A stretch of 64,000 nt of DNA from Chromatiales bacterium (lineage in GTDB: Bacteria; Pseudomonadota; Gammaproteobacteria; Steroidobacterales; GCA-2729495), in NCBI GenBank assembly GCA_002688175.1, contig NZCC01000024.1:18126-82125 (forward strand). The letters run 5' to 3'. A program made the position numbers and the translations under genes. Positions 19,890-31,800 of this stretch are shown one piece after another; position 1 is the first letter of the stretch, and each line of letters starts with the position of its first letter. The notes below the pieces were generated by a model, which saw nothing but the letters and a program-made list of their open reading frames with translations, was not told the DNA's origin and did no database searches.

Positions 19890-22800
19890 GAACTGCGCCG
19901 ATTTTTTCTTGGGATACGCGTCAGCGCGGGTACCGGATGATCTTGTCGAATCGTTTCAATAAGTACAACAAGACCCGCCACGGTCGGCGCATCAAAAAGA
20001 CCGGCCAGCGGAATTTCAAGATCCAACTGGTCGCGAATCCGGGCAATAACCCGTGTTGCGAGTAACGAGTGCCCGCCAAGTGCAAAGAAATCATCGTTTA
20101 CGCCGAGTGTCTCAAGTTGCAGCAGATCACTCCAGATCGACACCAACTCAACTTCGAGTGCGGTACGCGCGGTTTCCGGCTCCGCTACCCGTGCGCGCCG
20201 AGGGGCTGGTAACTCATGCCTTGCCAGCTTGCCACTAGTTAACCTTGGTAACATTTCCAGGCAATCAAATGACTGCGGCAACATGTATGCCGGCAATCGT
20301 TCAGCCAGTGCGGCCCGCAAATCATCCACCTGCAGCTCAACCCCCGGTGCCGCCACAACATAGGCGGCCAACCACAAATCGTCATCCCGCTGCCAGATCC
20401 TGGCCGCGCTGTCAGCCACGCCTCGTAATGCGCTCAAGGTTGCCTCGATTTCAGCCAGCTCCACGCGGTAACCGCGCACGTTAACCTGCTCGTCACGCCG
20501 ACCCACAAATACGATCTGACCATCGGGTCGGCGGTAAGCAATGTCACCGGTACGCAGGCTCGACACGGAACCTGAGCGCTGTGTATTCAAAGTTGTCTGA
20601 CCCCAATAACCCGGTGATAACCCCGTGCCACTCAGCACGATCTCCCCATACCAGCTCGACGCACCCGATTCATCAATAAGATCAACCTCAAGACCGGCAA
20701 CCGGCATACCGAGCGGCACCTGTTGCCCGTGCAACGGTGTATCGTGATCCGCCATGAACTGCAGTGCGACGGTCGACTCAGTCAACCCAAGTCCGTTCAC
20801 GAATTGCGTGCCGCGCGCAAAATACTTTCGGTACAGCTCGAAGTCTGAACGTAGCACGGGTTCGCCGCCCAGCACGACGGTACGGACTGACGACAGGTCG
20901 CACACATTGCTGCCACTGTCATAACTGCTTAGCAGATAACGAAACAGGGAAGGTGTTGCATGCATGACAGAGATCGCTGCAGTTGCCAGTTGTTCGACCA
21001 CGATCGACTGTTCGAACAGATGCTGACCACTGCTACGCACCACTAACGGGCATATTGTTGCACCGGTCAGCAAGGCACCGAAAATATCCTGAATCGCTGC
21101 ATCATAGGCATAACCCGACAACCCGCTTAACTGGTCCGACGGTCGCAGACGTAGCGCCTTACTGTAACGCCCGACCTGGATCACGACCCCGCTGTGAGTT
21201 TGCATCACCCCCTTGGGTGCACCCGTCGAACCTGAGGTATAGATAATGCACGCCAGCGTATCGGCAGCGATGTTCACAACCGGATCGCCAGCCGCTCTGC
21301 ACTCAGCTATATCGACGAGTAAAGCGGGTGACAATTGCGCCCCACACAATCCTTCTGCCTGTTGCCTGTGCTGCGGGTCAGTCACAATCGCTGCAAGGCC
21401 TGCATCGGTTGCAATGGTCGCCAGGCGGGCTGCGGGCCAGGCAGGATCGAGCGGTACCCAGGTATAACCCGCCTTCAGAACACCGAGTAGCCCGGCCACC
21501 AGCCTTTCATCGTAGCAACACAATAAACCGATGCGCGGCGGCCGCGCATCAGACGACAGTGATAATGACAATAGCTGTTGCGCAACACCGTTGGCCAGCG
21601 CATTTAACTCACCATAACTCAGTGCCGTGTCAGTAGTACGCACGGCAATGGCCTGCGGAGCCCGATGCACCTGGGAGGCAAATCGCTCAACAAGATTATC
21701 CGTCCAGTCGGGTTCCGCAATCGATACAGGCACCGTGCCCAGTTCGCTCAAGCGAACCCCCACATCCCGGGATACTGCCGTCAGTATCGTCTCATAGTAA
21801 TCAGCAAACGCTTCGATCGTGGCCACATCGAATAAGTCCGGGTTGTAGCCGAAGCCACACTGCAACTCTCCGCCACGGTCGGCAACATGCACGCTGAGAT
21901 CAAACTTTGCCGTATTGCTACTGACATTGATCGATTCAACCTCAAGACCGTCAGGTGCAAATGGATTTACCGGCTGATTATGCACAGCGAATAATGCCTG
22001 CACGATCGGGTTATAACTACGACTGCGCCGTGGCCGTAATACTTCAACCAGTTTTTCAAAAGGCAGATCCTGATGCGCATAAGCATCAAGTGCCGTTTGC
22101 TTGACCCGACCGAGCAATTCACGAATGGTCGGATTCCCGTCAACAGAGGCACGAATCACCAGCGTGTTAACGAAGAATCCAATCAGACCTTCTAGTTCTG
22201 TACGGCTGCGCCCGGCAATCGGTGTACCGACAATGACATCAGTAGTACCGGCAAAACGTGCCAGGGCAATATCGAATGCGGCCATCAACACCATAAACAA
22301 CGTACAATTTTCTGCCCGACCGACACCATGTAACGCTGCGGTCAGTCCGGCCGGTATGGTTAGCTCAAACCAGGCACCCGCATGAGTCTGCAGTGCCGGA
22401 CGCGGCCGATCGATCGGCAACTCAAGCAGTTCCGGCGCCTCTGCCAGATGGTTGCACCAGTAATCAGTCTGGCGTGCCAGTTCAGTGCCCGTCAGCCATT
22501 TTCGCTGCCAGATCGCATAATCTGCGTATTGCACCGGCAACCCCGCAGAACCAGGCACCTCCCAGCCCGGCACCTCGTCGCACCGATAGGCGTTATAGGC
22601 CTGAGACAATTCATCAAACAACACCGACAGCGACCAGCCGTCAGCAATAATGTGGTGGATAACCAGCAACAGGATGTGCTGGTCCGACTCACTCTCAAGC
22701 AGGTGTACACGCAACAGTGGTCCTGAGCTCAGGTCGAATGGCAACGCGATAAGATCCTCGAGTCGCCGGGAAGATCCGGGATACTCAACGCGTACCGACT

Positions 22801-25800
22801 TACGCCCGGCGATATGTTGCAGAGGCTCGACTTCCGGCGCCCTCTCCGGAACACCAATCGTTGTGCGCAGGCTGTCGTGCCGGGCAACGAGCGCGTCAAC
22901 GGCTTGCGATAATGCCGAACGATCCAGTGCGCCCGTCAAACGAACCGACCAATGCAAATGATAAGCCGGGTTGTCCGGTTCGAGCAGGGCAAGGAACCAG
23001 AGTCGCTGCTGCATTAATGAAACCGGCGCAGTGTAGGAAGCATGGCGCGGTAACGGATGCAGCGGTGGCGGTGCGCCGCCAACCTGCCGACCAATGGCCG
23101 CGACAAGCCCTGCAATTGTCGGGTCTTCAAATAATGCGCGTAACGGCAACTCGGTGTTGAGTACATCACGAATACGTGAAACAAGTTGCGTGGCAAGTAG
23201 TGAATGCCCGCCCCGGTCAAAGAAACTGTCATGCACGCCAATATCAGAAATACCCAGAACATCCCGATACAATTCAAGTAACACGGCCTCAACCGGCCCG
23301 GACGGCTCGACACAGGCCGTCGCATGCCGAGAAACCTGCTCCGGTACTGGCAACCTGTTTCGATCAACTTTGCCATTTGATGTAATTGGCAATGTATCGA
23401 GCTCGACAAACAATGCCGGCACCATGTAATCCGGCATCAGGCCACGCAAGGCCACGCGCAAGGCATCAATACTAATCGGCCCGGATGCAGGCACGATGAA
23501 AGCTACAAGACGGCGGTCTTTTTCAACGTTATCGATAATAACCGCTGCCGCGGCAATGTCAGGCTGACGAGACAAGGCAGCCTCGATATCACCGAGCTCA
23601 ATTCTGAAGCCGCGCAACTTGACCTGCCGATCCATGCGGCCGAGGAGGACCAGTGTGCCGTCACTGTGATAGCGAGCCCGGTCACCGGTCCGGTATAACC
23701 TGCCGCCGGGCACGAATGGGTCGGTTATAAATCGTTCAGCCGTAAGCTCCGGCTCGCCGATATATCCGCTGGCAACACCCGCACCGCCGATGCAGAGTTC
23801 ACCGGGAACACCGGGTGGCACCAGGCGTAACCCGGGATCACAAACATAAACCCGACTCCCCGCAAACGGCCGACCAATCGGTACGAAGCCTTCGTCCATG
23901 ACATGTTTTTTCATGTCTCCGAGCGCTTCAAAGAAAATGCTGTCAATCGTCGTCTCAGCCGTGCCGTAAGAATTAATCACCCGTGTATGCGGGCCGGCGA
24001 CAGTTGCCAGTGCAGCATACTCGGACCCATACCAGCTGTCTGAACCAACCGCGATCAGTCGCATGAAAGCAAGATCTGCATCAGATTGTGCAAGCCAGGC
24101 AAGCAACTCCCGCAACACGACCGGCACAAACTCGGCACAAGTCACATGCCGGTCGCGCAACAAGGCAAACAACCGTGCTGGTTCAAGCAGATCGAAACGC
24201 GGGCAAAGCACAAGGCTGCCACCGGAGCACAGTGCGCGAACCCAGTCACCGGTAAAAACATCAAAGGAAAAACTTGCCATCTGCAAATGTCGATCGTCTG
24301 CAGTCAGTGCGTAGGTATCCTGCCACGCGCTAAAGATCGCGGCGAGATTACCGTGTGTCACGGCTACCGCTTTCGGCGTTCCGGTAGACCCGGAAGTAAA
24401 CAATGCATAAGCCGGATCGGTGAGCAACGGCTGATAATCCGGACGGTTCAAGGCACCCCGCATCAGACTGACACGATCCTCATCAAGCAGGATCGTCGGC
24501 ACACTAACAAATGACAGAGCCGATGCCGCCGTCACCTGGGTAATCAGTGCCCGGGGCTGCACTACGGTGAACATGTCCGCCAGGCGTGCCGCAGGATAGC
24601 CCGCATCAAGCGGAACATATGCACATCCAGCCTTCAGAACACCGAGAACCGCAACCAACAGGTCAACCGAACGCTCAAGGCAAACTGCAATATAGGCTCC
24701 AGGCTCAATACCAAAGGCATGTAACTGGCCGGCCACACAATTTGCCTGCCGATCAAGCTCTGCATAAGTCAGGCGAATATGCTCACACTCGACAGCCAGC
24801 GCCGCGGGTTGCCGGTCGACCCAGGATTCAAACAGCGCGAGCACCGATTGCGCGTGTACTGACTGTTTACCGTCCGACTGAACATTAGAATTCTGGCCCA
24901 CGGGTGAATTCAATATATCGAGCAATACAGCTCGTTCTTCCGGTGGCCACAACGGCAATGCCGCTACCGGTGTCTCCGCTGTATCGACGATTGCATTTAA
25001 CAGGTAATCAAAGTGGGTCGCGATCTGTTCAATCGTTTGCCGGTCGAACAAATCACGATCATATTCAAAGACCAGGTCCAGTCCGTCCGCACGTTCGCCG
25101 ACATTCAAGGTCAGGTCGAATGTCGATACGCCGTGATCCTGCAAGCGTCCATTACGCATACGAACTCCGGCGACGTTCCGCGTCCGGTCAGGAATCGGTG
25201 TCATGTTAAACATGACCTGAAACACCGGCGCATGGCTCAGGGTTCGATCCGGGCGCAGCGATTCCACGAGTCGCTCGAATGGGAGGTCCTGATTAGCCTG
25301 TGAATCGAGCGTTGTGCGTCGCACACGCGTCAGTAAAGTGCTGAAGGTTGGATTGTCAGCCAGATCCGTGCGCAACGCGACGGTATTGACGAACAAACCG
25401 ATCAATCCATCAAGTTCATACCAGGACCGGCCGGCAATCGGCGAACCGACCACGATATCCGTCTGCCCGGAATAACGACTTAACAGGACATCGAATGCAC
25501 CAAGCAGAACCATGAACAGGGTACACCGATGTCGGCGCCCGAATACGCGCAACGTCTCGGCACGTTCGCCGGACAATTCACGCCATAACCAGGCGCCACG
25601 AAACATTTGTTCGGCCGGCCGTGGCCGGTCAGTCGGCAGCTCCAGAGCTGGTGGCACATCACGCAGTTGCTCAATCCAATAGTTCAACTGAGCATCGAGT
25701 TCGGGGCGCTTGATGCCTTGGCGTTGCCACAGAGAAAAATCTGCATACTGGATCGGCAACGTGGGCAATGCCGGTTCGCGACCATCGGCTATACAGCCGT

Positions 25801-28800
25801 ACAGAGTTGCCAGTTCATCGATAAAGATTCCGTTTGACAGCCCATCACTGACAATATGATGAATAACAACAAGCAGCAGAAATTTTTGTGGATCGCCCTG
25901 CAACACATCCAGACGCAGTAACGGCCCACGATCCAGAACAAATGATTGCGCGGATAACTCGGCCAGACGCCGCTCCCATTCCCGCGCATCACAACCGGTA
26001 AGATCTTCGCTGCGGATCGGTACCCGCTGATCAGGCAAAACTTCCTGATAGGGTCGACCATCGGTCGATAAGAACCGGGTGCGCAATATCTCATGACGTT
26101 GCACCAGCAAATCAACGACCGACTGCAATGCATCGAGATTCAGTTCACCGGACAGGTGAATGGTGAAGGCAATATTATATACAGGGCTATCCGGATCGAG
26201 TTCGTTCAGAAACCAGAGTCGCTCCTGGGCAAAAGACAGCGGTAACCGGTCTCCACGCTCGAACCACCCGAGCTTTATCACATCTGCAGCAGCATCAACA
26301 TTTGCCTGATTGGCCTGTTGCTGAAGGTGCTCATCAATATGTCGTGCCACCCCAACAATCGTAGGCGCATCAAAAAACTGGGCGAGATTCAGGCCAAGGT
26401 CGAAACGAGCCCGGATTCGTGCCAACAGTCGGGTAGCCGATAAAGAGTGTCCACCGCTATCGAAAAAATCATCATGCAGACCGACACGATTGAGGCCAAG
26501 GATCTCGCGCCACAGGACTGCGACAGCATGCTCGGTCTCAGTGCCCGGCGCGACGAACTCAACCGGCTGCCGCTGTTCGCCCACATCTGCCGACAGAAGC
26601 TTCGGCAAGGCCTGCAAATCAATCTTGCCACTCGGCGTTAACGGCATCCGATCTACCTCGATCAGCATGCCGGGCAGCATATAATCAGGCAAACGTGTTC
26701 TCAGGAAACTGCGTAACGCCTCCACTGGACTAATACCGGTATCCGTGAAGCCGGCATCCGCTGATTGCCAATAACCGACGAGCAACGGTTCGCTGCCGGG
26801 TCGCTGTCGAAGAACGACACAGGCATCACTGATCCCGGGATGATCACGTATAACGGTGGCGATCTCATCCGGTTCGATACGAAAACCCCGCAACTTGATC
26901 TGCCGGTCCGTACGACCAAGACACTCGAGGAGCCCGTCGGGACGATACCGCGCAAGATCACCGGTTCGATAAAGTTGTCCACTGCCACCCGCTCGGCCGT
27001 CAGTCACCGAAAAGGGGTCTGGTACAAATTGTTTGGTGTTGAGTTCAGGCTGATTCAGATACCCGGCGCCAAGACCTGCACCACTGACATACAACTCCCC
27101 GACAACACCGATCGGCACAGGCTGCAGCAAAGCATCCAGAACATAAGTACGTACGTTACCAATCGGCTTTCCGATCGGCACGATCGTTTCATCCTCGTCC
27201 CACAACGATGTATCAAAACAGGTTGCATCCCAGATTTCCGACGTGCCATAGGTATTCAGTAACGTCATGCCTGGACAGGCCCGGCGAAACCGTCGCAACA
27301 ATTCAGGGCGTAGTGGTTCGCCGCTCGTAATCCACGTGTGCAGCCCCGGCAGCCGGCGACCCAGGCGAGCATCGATATCCAATAACGCAGACAGCAGTGA
27401 CGGCACAACTACAATATGGCTAACTGTCTTGCCGACTACCTGCTCTCCCAGTCGCTCAACCAGCCTCGCCGGGTCGCTGACATCGACATCGGCAATTACC
27501 CGCAACGTCGCTCCATGCGTCAGCGGACCAAATATTTCCCAGACTGAATCAACAAAACACGGACTGGCTCGCAAACAAAAAACATCATCAACCGTGAAAC
27601 CATATTCATGCCACATCCATTCACAACGATTAACGGCCCCACCATGCAAACCGATCGCACCCTTCGGCATACCGGTTGATCCGGATGTATATAAAACATA
27701 AGCAGCATCAGCACTGTCACCCTCAATATCGGACACCACAGTATCGACACCGGGTCGGCTCCAGTCGATTTCATCAAGATGAATAGTATCGAGCGTGCCA
27801 CTGACGGAACGAGGCAGACAGCCGTCAGTAAGAATCATTTGCAGACCCGTCTGCGCAACAATAAATTGCAGACGCAGCGAAGGATAATTCGGGTCAAGGG
27901 GTACGTAAGCCGCGCCGGTTTTCAACGTTGCGATGATCCCGACGACAAGCTCCACCGAACGGCCGATACCTACCCCCACCAGGTCACCCGGACCGATACC
28001 ACGCTCGTACAGCTTGCCGGCTACCCGTTGCACACGTGCAGCAAGTTCACGATAACTAAGCGACTTATCATCATCAATAAGTGCAATTGCATCGGGGCTG
28101 CGCTCAACCTGCACTGCAAATCGCTCATGTAACTTGCCCGGCCCGGGATAATGACGACGTGTGTCATTCCAGTCGACAAGTATCTTGCTGCGCTGCCCGG
28201 GTTCAAGTAACCCAAGGCTGCCAACGAGTATCCGGGGGTCGCTGACAATTCCACGTAACAGCCTGGCATAGTGCGCCGGTATTGATCTGGCAAATGCATC
28301 GTCAAACCGCGCTGTCGAATAGCCGACATAACCACGTATTACACCGTCGTCCCCAAAATCGGAAACCGAGAATTCGATATCCCAGTACGAACTACGCGAG
28401 GTATTAAGTGTTTCCAGACCGAATCGCAGTTCGCCCCCCTGCCGGGTACGCTCGAACGCATCCTCATACAGGAACAGGATCTGAAACAACGGGTGTTCAC
28501 CAAAACGTCGCCGTGGATGCAATGCTTCCACGACACGTTCGAAAGGGACACCGGCATGTTGCAAAGCTGCCAATGCTGACGCCCGTTCGCGTACCAGCAC
28601 ATCAGCAAAAGATTCACCATCGGCCAGCTGGTTACGGAACATGACATTATTGACGAGGCACCCAACCATGTCTTGAGTCATAGCGGTATCGCGCGAGGTC
28701 ACAGGCGAACCGATCACGATGTCATGCTGACCGGAGTAACGCGTCAACAAAACCCGAAATGCGGCCAGCAATGTCATAAAAAGAGTTGCGTTTGACTGCC

Positions 28801-31800
28801 GTGACAACGCACGCACGCTATCCGCTGTCGCAGCATCGATGACAAAACCAATTCTGGATTGATTCCCATGCCACTGATCCTCGGCAACGGTAACTGCACG
28901 TGATGGCAATGCCGTGCGGTCCGGCGCATCCTGCAGTGCGCCACGCCAGAAATCCAGATCCCGTTCCCAGCCGTCACCATGCGACTCGGCGCGCTGGTGA
29001 ATCGAATAATCGCAATACTGCATCAGCGCAGGCAAGGGCTGATCAACTTCCCGGTAACCGGGCGACTCGTACCGCTGGGCAAGTTCATCACGAATGATCC
29101 GGATCGACAAACCATCTGCGATGATGTGATGTGCATTGACGAGTAACTTTGAATGCCGCGCCGACAATTGATACAGGCATGCATTAATCAGCGGACCGTT
29201 GGTCAGATCATAGCTCGTGCCAATAGCCGCCTGCGCCGCCGCCATAAACTGAGTAGCACCATTATCACCGTTGGTCGGGCTAAGTATGCTGACCGGAATC
29301 GACACGCTCTTGTGCGGCAAAACAACCTGCCGGACACCGATATCGGTTTCACGAAATACCGTTCGCAACACTTCATGACGTTCCAGTACAGCGTTCCAGG
29401 CCAACTCAAGCTGCTTGATATCGACCGACCCATCCAGCGGGATAACAAATTGCTCGTTAGAGCCGGTCATTGATGGATATAACTGATTTAAAACCCAGAA
29501 GCTTTGCTGTTGAAAAGACAGTGGCGCATCGTCATTTCCCGGGACGGGACTACTATCGACACTGTCGGCGACCGATGCATCACCCGAGTAGCGCACCGCA
29601 ATGGCGGTGCCATGATGCTCGCGCAGGTATTGACCAAGCCCGGCAACGGTCGGCGCATCAAATAAGGCAATCAACATGACAGCATCATCGAGCAGGCGTT
29701 GCAGTGCGCTCGTCATGCGAACTGCAGAAATTGAATCCCCACCGAGATCAAAGAAATTATCCTGGATACCAATATTGTCGACATGCAACATGTCCTGCCA
29801 AAGCGCGACCAGATCACGCTCCAGGTCATCACGGGCCGGCTCACCCGGCACATCTGAATTTCGCTCAGGTGCCGGCAGTGCCTGTCGGTCAAGTTTGTGG
29901 TTACTCGTCAGCGGCAATTGTTCAAGTTCAACCCATGCTGTCGGCAGCATATATTCCGGCAACCGCGCAGCAAGCCAGTGGCGTAATGGTTCATGCGCCA
30001 AACTGTCACCATCCGGGTGGTCGCTCGCCTCGTGCCACAGTGCCCGGTACAGTGGTGTACTGTTAAGCGCCGTTTCTTCGACCCGTGATCGATATTCGAA
30101 GTTTGCCTGCTGCCCATTATCGGTCGCGAATGAGGTTGCAACCCGATAGTCCGGATGAATACTAGGCACCCCGGTTATAGAATCGGCAGCCGGAATCCCG
30201 ATCGACCATTCAACCTCGATCGTGTCACCCTCATTTACCGGCACACCAAAAAGGTCACCGGTTTCACCCAGCGGGAAAAATACCGGTAACCACGCACGCT
30301 GAGTGCGACGATAATTCACATCAGTGTCGCCGCCTGTGGTAACCACGGTCCAGACGAGGTAACCATCGAGGCGGGCATCGCGAGCAATTTTCAGCCGGGC
30401 ACTACCGTGCGATGCGTCAGCTAACTCCCTGGTGAAATCAAGATCTTCGAAGACATGTGCAGCAGAAATAATCGCTGCTTCAGGCAAATCACTGATGCAC
30501 AGCCGGATATCGAAACGGCGGTCGAACCGGTCGAATACCTGCTCCGCATAGCGACTTGCCACAGGGCTGAAGGCCGGATCGGCAATAAGGCTTGCAGGCA
30601 ATTCAACGGCCGCAATTAGTGTGCGGCAATGTGCCGGCACCGGTACGCAGTCAGGAGCAAAATGACGCCGGGCACTATTCCAGATCGGCACAATGCCATC
30701 CGCACTGCCAATATTACCGATGATACCCTGGGTGCAGACATCAACTCGTTCAGGTAAATCAACTGATGCCATATCGCCCTGCATGACGATAATTCGGTCA
30801 GCCAGCCCCTGATCATTTATTAAAGTACGTGCTTTGCGATACGCATCTTCAAGTATCTCAACGGCGTATACTTTATGGGCACCGGCATCAATACACATAC
30901 GCGCCAATAGCGCATGCTCACCGGTGCCGATATCCAGCACCACCTTACCGCGCACCGAACGGTCAAATGCTTCGCGATAACTCTTTAGCCTCTCGGCTTC
31001 CGAACTCATCAGGTCGTAAAGGAATTCATCGTACAGTTGATAAGGTCCGACCGATGGCCAGAATTCGGGACGAGTAGCCGGCTCCGGTAACAACCCTGCA
31101 TGCGGAACGACATAGCCAACCAGCCTGGGCTCCCCGCCGTAATCAGATCGCAGGGCAACCGCAGCATCATCGATAGCGGGATGCTCCCGCAACACAGCTG
31201 CAATTTCGCCAGGCTCGATCCGGTAACCACGCAACTTGATCTGCTCATCCGTACGGCCGAGAAATTCAAGTTCACCCTCTGATGTCAGACGTGCCCGGTC
31301 ACCGGTTCGGTACCAGCGTGTCGCCTGGCACCCATCGATACTTATGGTGATGAATCGCTGACTGGTCTGCTCCTCCACACCAATATAGCCCCGGGCAACT
31401 GACGGCCCACCAACGAACAGTTCGCCGGCCTGACCGGTCGGTACCGGCAGCCATTCCTGATCGGCACATTCTTCACTAATAATCACCAGCTCAGCATGCG
31501 CCAATGGCCGGCCGACGCCGACTGCGACTCCCGCGCTCCGGTCTGCGGTTTCACAGGCCGCAAAGGTCAGCTGCCCGGCCGTCTCGGTAATCGCATAGGT
31601 GTTGACGATGCGCGGCTCAGCATCGCCGTGCTGCCGGAACCAGCGTTGCAACGCCTCTGTATCGACAGCCTCCCCGCTCAGCACCACACAACGTAGCGCA
31701 GTAGCTGCAATACCGTCAGCGAAAATATCGGATAACAGATTCTGCCGGAATGCGGATGGAGTCTGGCTCATCATCGTCACATGTTGCGAGCACACCAGCG

